A stretch of DNA of 52,350 nt, the filler included, from Bipalium vagum (Eukaryota): the NCBI GenBank assembly GCA_037834085.1. It is 3 parts of 3 records of this genome, joined end to end, with 100 filler letters (N's around TTAATTAATTAA, not from the genome) between each part and the next. Parts side by side here need not be neighbours in the genome. Positions count along the whole stretch, not along the records: positions 1 to 16,829 come from JBBMKC010091613.1; 2 more parts are not named here. One strand, 5' to 3'. How positions within the stretch are numbered: the first letter of the stretch is position 1; every line of letters starts with the position of its first letter. A program made the position numbers and the translations under genes. Shown here one piece after another: positions 1-16,300 of the stretch. The notes below the pieces were generated by a model that saw only the letters and a program-made list of their open reading frames with translations, had not been told where the DNA came from and searched no databases.

Positions 1-521
1 GTAATAGGTTTTTTTCAGATTTTTATGAAAACTCTTCAAAAAAATCCATTTTAATATATAATTTTGGAATATATTTATATTTAATGAACTTTAAGATTAT
101 TGTTATTTGAATAATATTGGATATCTTTTTAATACAAAAACTAATTATCACATCACTAGATTTTCAGTTGTTAATTGAATTGATATAATTTTGAAATATT
201 TATATTGATTTAATTTTATTATTTTAATATTGATTTAATATAATTATTTTAGTATTTATTTAATTTCTTAGAATAATTTATTAAAGTTATTAATTTTATT
301 TAAATTTTAAACATATATTTTTTATATTGTGACTTAATTATACATTTTTTTATTTATATTATTTTAAAATTAAACATTCTCAATAATTCATTACAGCGAA
401 ATAGGATGGTTTTGGGTTATATAGCATATAATTCTGAAGAAATTGAAAAATGACAAAACGCAGTTTCAGAAATCCTCAGATTAGAAAACAATTAATTATA
501 AATATTCAAAATACTAGACGG

Positions 522-522
<1 letters not shown>

Positions 523-576
<54 letters not shown>
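523..576. repeat. (AAT)n microsatellite
   Basis: Directly visible perfect repeat. Confidence 0.95.
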
Positions 577-578
<2 letters not shown>

Positions 579-839
579 CTACAATAAAAATACTATATAA
601 ACTATTAAAAGAGAAAAGGATCATGTTATTTAGAGATTAAAAAGCTGGAATGAGCTAATATGATCAGACCATCTAACTGTCAAAAATCTAAATAATGTTT
701 AATGAATTTATTTTAAATCTCTATTGTACAATAGAAAATGATAAAAGTTTTTGTTTGATTATTTTTGTGCAACAAAATCATTATTCTTATTTTCTTTTTA
801 TTGTTACATGTATTCAATTGGCATGTGAATATTGTTCAG

Positions 840-3800
840 ATAATTGCAAGCTCTAGTAGTCTGAAAACCCAAGTGAATGCTTTTCTGAGTAATATCAACA
901 ACTTCAAATCAATTTGCAGTATAATATCGTATTTTGCAAGAATGGAAAATAGAATCGATAGTTTGCTAAATAGTCATTGGGCAACACCTCTGGGAGTTAA
1001 TATTGATTCCAGTTGGTCAACTAAGAAACCAAAAGGTGACTATTAATTTTATTTAAAACAATAATTAATATGGTTGTATTATAATAATTATTATTATTTG
1101 AAAATTTTTAAATAATTATATTTTAGTTTTTAATAATAATACTTCAAATATTAAATAGATTACAATAAAAATTAATATATTACTTCTAATAACAAAATAG
1201 ATTAAATATTCTATTGTAATTGATTTTTCCTTAGAACCATTTCTATTTTAATTTTTTCACTGATCAATTTTACAATGAAAAAAATTAGGTATTTATGTCA
1301 GTTGGTAATAGATTTAGAAAATATAATCTTGTTAATCAAATCTTATGACGATATTATCAAAAAATAAATATCTTTGTTCATTGATTATGAATTTAAAATT
1401 TTGGTAATTTGTTTAATTAAAAAAATTAATCAAATTATCGACTATTTACATATGTTTATGTAGTAAAAAATTTAAAATTTTAATAATAATAATAATAATT
1501 CAAGTTTCATTTTTTTATCTAAATATAAATGTATATATTAAAAATTATTAAATTCAATTTTAATTTAAGATCTTTTTGAGTCGAGAATTAATATATAACA
1601 GTAAATTAACAAAATGAAGAAGTGTCAATTGATTTTCAGATTTTGGAAATTATATTAAGATTTAATTAATCTTTCAAATTGTGGCTTATATTTCCTTTTA
1701 AATCACAAAATTGAGTTTAATTGTCAAAGCAAATTATCAAATGTTTATTACTCATACTGAAAATATTTATTTTACATATATTTATTTTTTCTTTAAATAT
1801 TATGGAAAACTATTTAAAATAGAATAGTAAAAATGTCTAATTTTTTCCCTATACAACAATTAAAAATTACATATTTGATAATTTCCCTAAAATTTTGCAT
1901 ATATCAAATGTGAGAATTATTTATAAAATTTTAATACTGAAAATTTGGTTTAAATTAAATAAAATAATATTTAATAAATAATATTAATTCATATAATTAT
2001 AATTTAATATAACATTTTTCAACAATAATTATATTTTTTGTAAATATATTGGATCTTTTCTCATAAATAATAAATAGTTATAGATGGATCATTTCATAGA
2101 GATTGTTATTTTTAGTCAGTATTTGATAAAAAAGCTTCTCTTGATTATTGAAATTAATTTTTCTTATTGTCCTATTCATTTTCATCAGCTTATGTGACCA
2201 AAAGATTATTAATTTTACAAAAATATTTTTATCGGTTGCGTCGACGTAAATCCGTGGTGATCTAAATCTATCTATTAAAAACTGATACTCTTAAATTAAT
2301 TATAAGAAATTATAAGATCAATTAAAGTCTATTATAATCTTACCCACCTGAATATTCAATTAACACTTCTCTTGTCATACTGATTTTAAAACTTATTCTT
2401 AAAAACTCAATTTGTAAGGATTGCTATATCTTCGTCGATTTCAGGCTAGAAAACGATTTTGGAGAACTTCAGAATCATTTTAGATTTATCTTTGTAAACT
2501 GGAGATTTATTAAAAATGTGAAATGTAAAAATTAGCATCCATTCGCGTGTTAGCTTTTAAGGAAAACAGAATTAATAAATATGGAAAATTCTTTTATATC
2601 CGAAAGTTTAAAAATTTTTGTTAATGGTTTATTGGATAATAATCTTAATAAAAATTAAATATTAAGATCAAGATTATTCAGACTTGAAAGTATTAAGTTT
2701 TGACGGAAATGGTCAGGTCACTAGGTTAGGTCAACAGAAGATATTTATTTTGAAGTATCTATTATAAGTGATTGAAGTGCTTATCATTAAAATTTCTATT
2801 CTGAAATTTTGAGTAGTTCGTTACTAAATATACATTATTATTATTATTATTGAATTTATGCGGCAAAAGGTAGGATGAATGGCGAATAATACTTTAAGCC
2901 AGTTTAGGTATCCCATTATTTATCATAAATGATTTGGTCTTGAATATTTGTTTGACGAATGGGTTTCTTAGGAGTCTATTTATAGAACAAATATTAAATA
3001 AAAAGCATATTTCCAAATTTTAAAAACCACTGTTAATTGACAAATATCAAAATTAAAACAGATTTTTTTGTTTATATTATTCAGATACATATATTCTATT
3101 TGTTAATACAAAGTACTATTTGTTAATCCATAATCAACTTTGTCAACAGATTTTTCATCTTTTTCATTCGCTGTCTAATCAAATTAGACAAAAAAGCCAA
3201 AAGTAGGACCTTAAAAAGTTTCTGACAGATTTATTTCTGAGTAGATCTAGCGATTTCGAGAAAAAAGATTTCGACTAACTGGTGGAAAGTTGGTAGAAGG
3301 TCTGAAATATTAACGGAAATTACGTTATTGATTGGTTTTTCATAATTTGTAAATAAAATATTTTCTATTAGTTATAAATATATTATTATACAAAATCATT
3401 AAAACTTATGATACAACTTAATAGGTAGATTAATTACATAATTCTATTTGATGCAAATAAAATGGTTCCAACTGAAAACTCAAAAACTATTAAAATATTT
3501 TTCGAGTTAATTTATAAGTTATAGAAATGCTCTATTATTTTATAATTATAATTTAATTTTCTAACTTCATAGAGATTTTCTTGACTTAGGTGTTTTGAAG
3601 AATATTCGAAGACCTTCCAGACGTTTAAGTAATGAGGTTAGCGAATACCGAATTCTGGAAAATTTGTCCATTGACCCCACCACGTCTCCAGGTTATTAAT
3701 TATTAAATTAAAGCCAACTTTGAAAGTTTCAAATGAGTAGTGATTGAGGAAAATTCACCTACTTATATCCCTTGTTTGGAATGGCAAACGATGATAAAGT

Positions 3801-6800
3801 CTATGTTTCCAACACTGTGTACTGCGTTTGAGTATCATTTAATGGTTTTTTTTGAACAAATAAAACTGGGAGAAAATCCACAGCCATTTTTTCTGGAGCC
3901 CCTTAATCAGCCATCTCCTGGGAAAGTGTCGGAGGTAGTATATTTTAAAAATTATTTTATTAAATTATTCAATTGATTCATTTGTTGAGGATTCGTATGA
4001 TCCACACCATTTTTTATTATTTACAACCATACAGTGGATTGATAATAATAATAATATATTGGATACACATTTAAATATAAATTAAATTAATTTAGAGTTA
4101 AATTTTATTTATTATATAATTGATTTTTTAAATATTTTATATTTAATCAAGAAATTTAATCAATATTTTTTTCTCACTATTAAATATTTTTGTCAATTAT
4201 AAAAGGTTGCAATTTATTGTTTAACATTGGTTGCATACTGATATCTTATTTAAAGTAAAAAACTCAGACAATTAATTATTGTTATTACTAGGAATAATTG
4301 TAATTGTCAATCTTTTTGTATGCAATAATTTTATTGACAAAAGTTCTGTGATAAAAAATAACTTAATGGATCTCATCGGTTCTTTTTTTGGAAATCGTTA
4401 GGAAGATACTACTTTTAGGAGTAAAAAACGATGCATGATCACATAGATACATTTTTTGATTAATGTTATACAATAATAATATATGTCAAGATATTTATGT
4501 CTAGATTTTGTACTTGCATTAATTTTTAAAGTAAAATAGTTGATCTCAATTGATCGTTGAGTTGATCTTATATAAATATTTTATAATCTTTATAAATTTT
4601 TGTATTTAAATCTTGTTATTCGATAAATTTTGGTTAATATTATTGATTTTTTAGTGAAATCTTAAATATAATTATTGTATTGCGAAATTTCAATCTCTTC
4701 TGTCTGTAATTGTAGGACCTGTGCAAAATTATTTGGAAATTCATGAGATGTATATACATTTGCAAAGAATATTTCATTAGATAAAATTACTTAAAGCAAA
4801 AAATATATCAGTAGAGTTTATCGAAATAACAAGGAAAATATTTTTCTGAAAAGAAATACAACCAAATTAATCTTTTTTTATTTTATTAGTACGGGAAACA
4901 TTATATTATTAACTTAGCATCTGATCACTTGCATTAAGTAAAGATAATATAATATCTCAAGATCTCCCTTATATTTTTGTTGCTTTTTAATGAAATTCTT
5001 AATATTCTGGTGTGAAAAAATAATGATAATTACTTATATTTTTAAGTAGTACTTCTTTGCTGTTAATTCAAATCCATTTTGTAATTAAAATATTTGTTGT
5101 ATTGCGATCCTTTAAGCTTTATGAATAATTTAACGACCTGAAAAAACCTATTTAAAAAAGTATCTTTTAATATATAATTGTCATATATCAATATAATATA
5201 TCAATACTTAATTGGTGGTACCAGTAGGTTTTAGTTGATATTGATTGAGTTTTCAAAATTTATCACATCTCTATAAAGTCAATCAGATTTTTGTGATTAA
5301 AAATTTAAAATAGGGTTTCAAGATGAAAAGTGGTTGTTATAAAAGTAATATAAAAACTATAAAATAAGAAGTATTTTAATAAAACTATTTATTTTAAACC
5401 GATTATATATTACACAGACAACAAATTCTATTGATATTTAATAAAATATTTTTAACCTCGATAAAATTGACGAATTTTTCTTTTTATTCCTCCCATTAAC
5501 TTCTGCACAGTCATTCTAGTTATCTTGTCTATTAATTTCTTCTATTTTCTTTTAAAGTCTGCTTCATTCTTTGCAGCGCCCTGAGTGTTATCAAAGTTCC
5601 GTTTTACAATTGCCCAATATTTTTCTATAGGTCAGAATTCTGGACAGTTAGGAGGGTTGGTTTGTAGACAAACAAATTTCAAATTATTTGTTTTGTACCA
5701 TTCTAATGTATTTTTAGCATAATGAGAACTTAAGGGATCGGGCCAGTACAAAGTGACTGTGATTTAAATTTCTTGATCCAGTTTTGTTGAAACTTCTACT
5801 TTTTTCCACAAGTATTTGCCACGTGAGGTATTTCTTTTGGAATTTTGAGAGCTTTTCATCCTAAATCTTTCAGCAACTACGTCTTTAGTTTCTGTAACAT
5901 AATATTTCTGTCCTGGCATTTGTTTGAAATCTCCTTTAATGTAAGTCTTATTGTCCATAATAACACAATCAATTTTGGTAAAGGAAATTTTCATAAAGCT
6001 TTCTAGAACGAGTTTTAGCAATTTTATTCTTTTGTTCATTACAATAAGAAGCAATAGTGACTTTGTAGGACTTGAATCCTCTAATCTGTTTCACTTTGTG
6101 GATGTATTTATATAGATGTTTTACATTTTTTTCAATATCGCGTACTGAAAGCGACGGATTTTTCTTAAACGCATTGATGACCTTGTTGGAACTGCCTTCC
6201 GTTCAATAGTAAAAGTTTTCTTGTAATTTGAAATAACTTTTTGAACGGTTGATTTTGAAAATCCAAAAATTTATCGATCGTTGAATATGAAGCAGCTTTA
6301 TTTTGATTTTATTTGGAAAATTTTTTTTCCTCATTTCAATTTATTTATCATTTTCATTGCTAATATTTATTGATCTAAAAAATCTATAAATTATCTAGAT
6401 AATATGACATTGAGTTTAATTTATAAAAATAATGGTATTTAAGCAACTTATTCAAAAGTTATCACAGTTTGTAATCGACTACTTTTCATCATTGATAGTC
6501 TTTAAGTGATACGTAGTATGTATCAATTTAATAAATACCGATTAAGAATAAAAATGCTTCAAGAATGTTAAGGGAATATCTGATTCTTTGCTTTTGATAG
6601 AACTATTGACGAAAAGATATCTACCATAAAGTTAATTTAACATCTTTAAACCACTTTTCAAAACTTTGATTATTAAATTTCTATTTATTATTTTTCACAC
6701 AAGAATTTTATTTTTTATTTTAATGGTCAAATATTAACATAGAAATATAATATTTACAATTATTTTTGATTTGTAAGATACATATAATTTCTTACTTCAG

Positions 6801-7292
6801 TCTCTTCAAAATTATTTAAGATTTATTGAAGACTTGCTGCCATTACTTATGGTATGTTACGAAAGTCCTGTTGAAAGCTTACTGAAAACGTTTCATAATT
6901 GTATCCAAAGTCAAACAGCAAAGCTTTTTAATGATCTTCAAATCGTTGCTTCGACTCGACAAACCCTTGACACCCTGTTTCTAGCTCTCGGTGATTCTAT
7001 AGCTATGCAATTGATTTGGGCACTACTAAACAATCTTTTCAAACCTAAATGTGAAGAATTGTAAGATTTATTTATTTTAATATACATTTTTTGTAATTAG
7101 TATTATTTTATTGATTTTTTTTATTTTCCACAAAAGTGAAAGGCATTTTTATTAATCTTCAAATGAAAAATGTTTAGAAATATTTCTGTATAATTTTAGT
7201 GATGTCTGAAACAATAACAAATTAAACTTTGATATTATGAATACAAATATTTATATAAGCTTACAAATGCTAATATATAAATAATAATAATA

Positions 7293-7337
<45 letters not shown>

Positions 7338-10300
7338 ATAGAATAAAGAAATATTATAAAATAAATATTGTTAATCTACAAAATTCATCTAGGAGAAACA
7401 TGAAAAGATTAGCAGAATTTCCATCTCAATTTTGTTCATTAGAATTCAACCTTATAATTGATTATCTTAATTCTTCATTACTGCTTGTTATTGTGATACA
7501 CTATATGTTCTGGTTTTGGTAAGAAGCTGTTTTTAATTGATTTTTATTATAAACATTTTGTTATTTATAGCTATCAAACCGCCTTTTTGATGGTATTTTT
7601 TAATTAAACAACCATGTTTCTCTTCAATGTGACGTTAGTCATTTCGACTAATTAATAAATTTTTTTTTTAATACAACATTAAATTACCAATAGTAATCAT
7701 ATTAATATTTTCTGGAATGATCCAAATGATACCATGCCAAAATGTCCGTTGAATACTGGAAATAGAAATGAGAATAAATTCACATAGGATCAAATACAGT
7801 TTGAGAACTTGGTAGTAGTGAGAATGGCAGTGAGAACACAATATTTTGCTATGTGGAACTATATTTACAACCCTTTATGATGATAGCATAAAGAATTGTT
7901 TAATCCTGGATAAAGGATGAGGACAGAGGTATTGTTACAATATCAGATGACATCAGGTGAGTTGGCGTGTCTTGTGAGTGTGGCGTACCTGCGACAGCTA
8001 GCCATAGACAAAATTGTTTTCGTTTGTTAATAAACATGTGGCTCTTTTACATACAGATCAAATTCCTTATTTTACAAAGGTAATACCTTTCTCTTTTATA
8101 CAGACGGTTTTCCTACTATGGAAATATTTATACTTTTCATGTAGGGGATTTGAAAAAATATCTCTTAAATAAGATTTTCCCTTAAGTACAAGTCCTTTAT
8201 ACCCGGGTTCGACTGTAGTAGTAAGTTGGGGATAGTACATTCTTTCGTTCAGTACATTAATGAAACTATTTAAAAGAAGTTTTCCAGAAATGTAATTCAA
8301 AAAATATTCTTTTTTTAGAGGTATGTATTTTTTTGAACAAAAGAAAATATTTTCCGATTTCCAAAAGATATTCTCCCGGCAACTCATTGAACGTTGCTTT
8401 AATGAACTGGTATCGGTTATTTTACAAGACAGTAAATCGAATTTCTGGAGCGATTTGAAAGAGTTCCATGAAAATAAAATAGTTGGATATCCAATCCAAG
8501 CATGGCATTTGTATTTACAAAAATTATGGTTTTCTTTGAGCAATACATGTCCAATACAAACAGCCAGAGAGATATTTGCCGATGTATTGACGCGCAGTCT
8601 GGAATTTCTTGTTCAAAGATATGCATCAGCTCGACCTTCTCGTCGACGGGTACGTCAAGTTCGGTAAGAAATTGTACTTCATAGGAAATGGGAACAATTG
8701 ATTTCTAATATTTTAGAGCAGATATGATTGCCATCTTCCATATTGTCGAGTATTTTATTTATAATCTGGCTGACAATGTCGACGACCTGTTGGGTTTTGG
8801 AGAAGATTTGTCAAAGTTGAAAAGAATTCATTTTGCTTGCATGTCTTTGCTTCAAGTTGTACTCGTCCTCACTGGTCCAATAGAGTTGTTAGCATCGTTA
8901 GTATAAATATTTATTTTATTTCCATTAAGTACTCATATAAATATTTCATATTAATCATTTAAATTAGAATCAATAATTAAAACTGGAAAACTGATAATTC
9001 AATTCATATTTCTTTAGATATACTAATATTACTGAAAATCAATACCCTTAAAATCATTCAAATAATTATCAATATGAAAATCATTACGAAATTTTCTCTT
9101 CTTAATAAGTTATGTTCATCACCACATTGTTCAAATTCGATTTTCTAAGTTCAAAATAAGTTTAGTATTTTTCACATCATGTTCCCTAATAATGTAAATT
9201 ATGAATTAGATGTTCATAAATTTGTCAAAAAGTAAGCAAACATTAAAGAAATATGGTAATAATTAAAGATTACTGACAGTGGGAACCAAAATATGTAATT
9301 CGGTAGGTAAACTTTTTCAATTTTGAGAAAGGCAGAAATTTAGAGTTCAAGAAGTTCAATTAACAATTTGACACAGTCGAAATATGCATCAATATAAGTA
9401 GTGTGGTGCTGTTTAATTTCAGTTAATATCATATATCTTCGAGGATATGTTCACTGTTAGGTCATACTTGCTGAAGGAATTTCATAATCTCAGGTAATAA
9501 GAGATCGTTAGTACTTGCAACACAATGGGGCAACAGCGCACCATCCACATATGGTAAGAAAATGATTGGAAAAAAAGTTCAATGATCCCTTAATTTAAAG
9601 ACAAGGCTCAATTGAATAGGCTCTTAGTTTGTTCAATCTTTTTATGGGTGTAACTAAAGCACATTATGTACAGAAACAGACTTTTTATAATTGGCTGAGC
9701 TTAAGTACAGAATTAATCATGGTTGTAGCAAGGTATATATAAATATATTGGAATGTGCCAGCGAACATTCTTAAATATATTGTCTCGATTAAGACATTGT
9801 ATAAACCACCCAATGTATAACGGTGACTGGTTGAATAAACAATCAGATATTGTAATTTCTTTTAAATAAATGATATTCCATGAAAATCATTGCCGACATC
9901 ATATTTTTGCTTTTATTAAAATATTTTAAATGAATGTGAAATAATAAACACCTTGTAGATTTCTCTTCTTTAAAAATTCAAATTCACTTGTCCCTTTCTT
10001 TTAGACTAAAATTTCTTCTTATCATTAAATATCGTATTTTAAATTTTGGCTCAAATATTTCGTGTTTTCGTGCTTGTTATATTCGTATAACAAAATATGT
10101 CTAATATGGTCCTTTGGCATTTCCATTTCAAGTAATCTAAAAAGGTAGAATAACAAATATAAAATTTTTAAATCTTACATTTTATTGAAGGGTAAATCTT
10201 AAGTTATTGGTTTTATTAAATTTATATATATATTTATTATATTTCTTATACTTTAGTAGCAATTTTCAAGATTATAGAAAAAAACGCATTTTTTATGGGA

Positions 10301-13300
10301 TGAACTAATAATATTGATATAAAAAGGATATTTTTCTTATTACTTTTAAAATAAATTAGTGCAATTTTTTAATTATAATATTTTTTGACGTTAGTCTATT
10401 AATATTTTAATTTGAATCTTAAAAAATGTGATAATCCTTATAGAATTCATGAACAGGGATTTAATAAAGGAATATCTTTACCCCCAAAGGAATACTCCAA
10501 TTCATTTTGGATGCATTTAATTAAACCTGCTAGATATCCAAATCCGTTGCCAAATTCTGTTGGGTTAGTTTTCTGTGGTTTTTTCAACATATGTTTTTGT
10601 GATAATTTTAGTTACCAAATTTTTATTGATTCAGAGTAACAATTTTCATTGATTCTTTACGAAATGAAAATAATTAAAAAGTTAACAAGAGAAATATTAA
10701 TAATTGAAAATATATTCATGTATCAAAGAAAAATGTTGAAAATATTTTGTCCACTAGATTCCTAAAAGAATATTTTTATCAGTTTTTATTTAGCCACGTG
10801 ATTTGATATAATTTTTTGAAAAAATTAATAAAAATTTTTGTTTAAATTACAAGCTATTGTTTTAAGTTATTCAAAAATATTTTTGAAATATAATACAACA
10901 ACATATTAGATATTTGAATTAATTCGGCTCCGTTTTTAATACAAAAAACACCTTATTATGAAAAAAACAAGTACATATACATTAATCAAAATATCCTCCA
11001 TAGTTTGCTGTTATTTTCTCACATCTGACTGACAGTTGTTGCAATCATTTACGGAAATCCGACTCGGTTTTTGAAATCATAATTGTTGAAACTATTGTTC
11101 TTGTATTCTCTTTTTTTCCCTCCCTCTTACAGGCTAATGTCTTCTTAAAGTTATTATTTCGCTTTAGTGTTAGTTTGACTGTTGTCTTGAATCAGGTATC
11201 AATTTTCTTCGTTTAGTATTATTTATTATTAAAGTTTTATTTCAACTAAGATTTTTAAATTTTATAGTAAAAAATGTATTATTATAAAGATCTTTACATT
11301 TTTAATCGTGATTTTCCTCTTTATGGTACAGCTTTATAGTTTTTAGTTATTTGTTCACATAACTCTACAATATACGTATATGAAATCGAAATTCTGTGTT
11401 CTATATCGAAAGTTCAGTTTATAGACAAGTTAACATTTTAGAATATTTTTAAATTGTTTCAAAAATTATAGACAGTCTAAAATAAAATCCTGTGGTCATT
11501 AGTTATTATCTAATCTGGTTTTTAACGTCCACAATCATTCAACTTTTTTATAAATACTGATAACTAGACTTTAATCGGATAGTAATTATAGTCGAGTATT
11601 TATTTCAGTCTAAAAGTATTTGAAATTGCTGGATTACCTTTGGCTTTTTCCTTCATGAAAAATTATTAGGTAAATAATTAAAATGTTATCAGTTTTTCGT
11701 GCTTTCATGGTGAAATGTACTCTCTAAGATCTAAGACGCTAAATTAGTCTGACAATTTGAAATGTGAATAATGTTCGATATAAAAAAACAGTTTAATATA
11801 AATACTAAGAGAAACATAAAAAGAAAGATCTTAAAATATCCGAGATTTCCAAAATAATAATAGTAGCTTTGATATAAATTAATTACAGTTGAAAAGAATC
11901 GAATATTTTCTTTGTTTATTATCAAAAACTTGTTTATATTTTCGCCAATTGAAAACTTTAGTCAATATAAAAAGTAATGAAATTTGAATAATTTTCCGAT
12001 GGATTTCTCTCTAAATTTCTAATTTTTTCAAAATTGAAAAAAACAATTTAAAACTGAATATAATTTTCCTGTTAAAGAAGAGCTGAAATATTTCTGAATT
12101 TATATATCAACAAAATACTGTAGACCATTCAGAGCAAAATCGGATATTTCACATATACCAACCTTAAATGAAACTTCTATATTTAACTTTTTATTCTAAA
12201 TTTTCCTGTCAAAATATTTTTATATAAATACTACTTAGGTAATTTTATTTTATTAGAATGAAATCAGTCGATTCCACTCTCAGAAGCACAGTAACTCTTC
12301 AACTGTTCCTCAACTCAACTCAATTTGAAAAAAATAAAATAGTTGAAGTAAGCATTAATTTTGTACTAGTAAACTTTGAGGGTAAAAATATTTTAATTGG
12401 TCTCAGAGTAAATTTCCAAACAAATATAGAATCGATTTTTAATAATCTTGAGTATTGAAAATCAAAATATTTAATAATCAATTAATTTCTTAACAAAAAT
12501 AACTTCGATTTTTCAGATTTTCACACAGAGGTTCACGTATGTCACCAAAAATAAAATTTCTCTTAAAGTGATTCTGAGTTAAGAAGGTATGAATAAAAAT
12601 ATTGATTTGGCAATCGATGTTAGAATTAACTGTCATTTGTAAAATTTTATGGTAGTTTATATTTAAAATTGTTTCGTTTTTATAAAATAAATAAAAAAAA
12701 TTAATAAATATGATACCGTAAAACAAGACCATAAGATAATTAGATCAAGAAAAATTATGATACATCCTGTTAGATTACATCGATAATATCTTATTTATTT
12801 TTAAAGTTTAAATATATATGCATTTTTATTGAATTATAATTTTTATTTTAATAAATTATTGTGAAAGATAAAAAATCAATAATAAAGTTCTTTTTCAACT
12901 AAACGCCTTTTAATAGTTGATCACAAAAATTGCTTAGATGTTTCTTATTATGAAACATGTTTTCAACTTTATCAATTCTTCATCGGTAACTAACATTTTA
13001 TATTTCACATTTTAATTAATAAAATATAGTATCAATTAACTTATTTTTATCATATTATAATTTTTTTAATTAATCAGAGAACACACTGGCATCCCTTTGG
13101 TATTTGATCCGCAAGTAATTATTAATACGTGAACGACAATCAGAGATTAAAATCCACTCAGGAGAAAGGATATTTTTTATATTGATAATGTTTACAAATA
13201 CAACATTATTCAGTTCTGTTTCTAAAGCTCCCATTTAAATCTATAAAATCTGAATTTATTCTTAACTAAATAATGTTCTGTAAATTTATTATTTTATCAT

Positions 13301-16300
13301 TATTCACTTCATTTTTCGATTGTGAAACCTAAATTTTATTTTCAGCTATTATGCCATGACAAAATGAGCTTGATAACCAAAATAATGACATATTTATCAA
13401 AGCAGCTGGTCCATAATCAGACTCAGTATGATCAGATATGTGGGATATTTTTATCCTTTTATCAAGTTATCATTACAATTTCTGATCCGTTCAATTATTT
13501 CCATGCCATTCTTATTGAGATTATTGACAAGTAATTCCTTTTAATTTTGGATATTTTGTTCAAAAAGTAATGCAAAACTTTTATCTCAGTGCTTTTCTGA
13601 AATTTTCATCAATAACATTAATTTTGAATGTTTTTACATTTATCCAGTGCTCATTTTAACATTTTCTTGATTTAGTCAATTACTTGATGATTTAACAAAG
13701 TCAAAGAAGAAGAATTTTAAATAAAAGAAACATTGTTCAAATATTACTAAAAGATAATCGATGGACTCAAATTTCAATCACTAAGTTTATTTTATAGATT
13801 TCTTTATTTCGTCTTCCAATAATAATAATAATAAAAATCATGAAAAGAAAGTTATGGTATTCGTTGGGTGTGATTATAAACGAATCATATATTTTGAGAT
13901 TTTGTCAAAGAATTAATTTTGATATTTACATTTATTAGTTGACCAAACTGAAACATTAAAAATTAAAAACAGAAGATCGGCAAACTGTCAACGCCAATAT
14001 TAGACCATCCACTTCTTTACCACTCAATAAAAATTATAAAACTTTGGTTTGCGTGTATTGTAACATCCATCATGTAGCCAATATCTTGCCTCTTCCAATT
14101 ACCATTTGTTTCTCTATTGTAAAACTTTCACTAATGATGATGACGTGAGATCCAGCATTTTGTTGAAGAAAAATCCAAAAGGTTTTATAAACGACTGGTT
14201 TTTATGCTTCCGGAAGATGATAACAGGTAATCGAATTGAGTCACCATAATTCAATTTTTTGTTAAAATTGTGAAAACAAGTTCCTTGGCCTCAAAATGAT
14301 ATTGAAGTCATAGTAGAAAATATTATTAATCTTGTTCAAACATTTAATAATTGTAAACTTGATTTTTAGTCCTTGTCACTGATAACATTTTAATAACTTT
14401 GATATAATAATCATTTTTATAATGGTTTTTAAAAATCCATCAGTATTTCTAACACATTTATTGATAAAAATATATACTTACTACAGGGATTTCTAAAGAT
14501 TTATTTTTCCTGAAACAAGGAAAACATACAAATTCATGACTAAACGTGTTTATATAATTATATTTATTGCCGAGTCTAATGTCAAATAGGTTCTCGTAAT
14601 AAATTGATCTTCGTAATCTATCCTCATGCCAATAATTTCCTACTTTTGATTTCTGGTAAAGCATTGCCTTTTACTTGGTAACGGCTATATTTTAAGTTTC
14701 CTAATTCTGGACAATAGATTTTTAAATGACATTCTAAATAAACTGTCTCGGTGTAAATGAAATATGACTGATGTCCCACTATTAAAACTTTCCATTTAAA
14801 ATTTATTTTAAGAAAACGATTTTGGATGTTAAAGAGTATTTTAAACGGTGTTTTATATTATTTATTTTTTCCAGCCACATATGTCAATTTTAACAGACAG
14901 GCTTTTCAAGAATGATAATTTTCTGTGAAAATCAATTTCTCAATAACAATTATTTTATTTTATTATTAATATTATCTATGAATCTTGTCTTGATTTTTCT
15001 TTATTGAAACACATTTATTAATTTGTAGTAATCAAGGTTGGTCAGAATTTCACTCTGAAGATGATAAGTACTTACCTCCTGTATGGTTATCTGTGCTGTA
15101 TGATATTTGTGACCCTTACGTTTCCACAATTGTCAACAAAATCATCTCATTTATCAATAATTTAAATAAGCCACGTTTGGATTTGAATTCCACGTTATTT
15201 CAAGATGGAATCTTACCCTGTGGTTGCGAATATACAAAGATAAATTCAAATAACGATAAAGGTTTCGTACAATTTAAATTTATTAGTTAAAATTTTTTAT
15301 TTTAATATAAAATTTATTGATTTTTTATTTTTTTTAAATATTTTTTTCAACATGGAATTTATATATATTCTCACTTTTAAAACTAAATAAAATTGAATAA
15401 GACTGGTATAACATTGATTTATGTGATTATTAAATATCACTGGAAACGAAAATAATGACTACTAATAATGGAATCAGATAGTAAAGGATTTGATTTAATG
15501 AAAATAGAGTCATAAATCAGTTAAATTTTTAATTGAATAAATATATTTAATGGAATTCTTAATATTCTTAATAGTTGAATTTTTTAGGTAACTTATTATC
15601 AGTTATTTCCTGATTATTAGCCTATGGAATCAGACAGATTGGGAAGGGCTTATGTTAGGATAGATTTTTAAAACGTTGGTATTCTTTTTTTCCTAATATA
15701 GACCTTGGATTTCTTTTTTGAAAACGCCAGTATGCGTCTAAATAGACAACGAACTTGCATCCTTTGATTAAAATTGATTAAATACAATTATTTCCAAAAT
15801 TTCTCTACAAATTTTACTTTTGTTATTTTTTGAAGTTGATGCTAAAACATTTGTAAAATTAACGTTTTTTCTGTTTTGGTCTTCCAGTACTGAATCAAAA
15901 ATAACATTGACATCTTCTCTTATTTCATTTTTTCGGAGTTTTGGCTATTACTATTATTCATTGAAGAAATAAATATTTATTATTGGAAACCTATTATGTT
16001 CCTCTTAATAAAAAATTGCAGGCTTTTTTTTCTGTACTTTACATAAGACCATTTTATTATTAATTTATACGGTCGCAGGAAAGTCGACTTAGTATGATAA
16101 ATTTACTAATATTTATTTTGTTCTTGAAGTAATCTTACAAGTTCCAAGTCTTAACGATCTCAATTGAGTTACTTAAACTTGTCAATGTTTTTTACAAAAA
16201 AGAATTTGACAAATGTTTTTTTCTAATATTTATCGTTCTGGCGAAAGTAAAACTTCCCATTGAAAAAAGAATAAATGTTTTTGATCTGCTTCTATCCCAG

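Noticed and set aside
2300-2820. Possible Penelope/GIY-YIG 3' remnant
   Set aside because: Only vague similarity with many stops.
8067-8543. 158 aa minus-strand ORF
   Set aside because: Antisense to a KIAA0825 exon plus a MITE end; no family features.
9090-9900. Possible decayed DNA transposon
   Set aside because: Higher complexity, but no convincing motif or TIR.
15560-16270. Possible MULE remnant (IKGCKF, minus strand)
   Set aside because: One short motif only; too weak to call.
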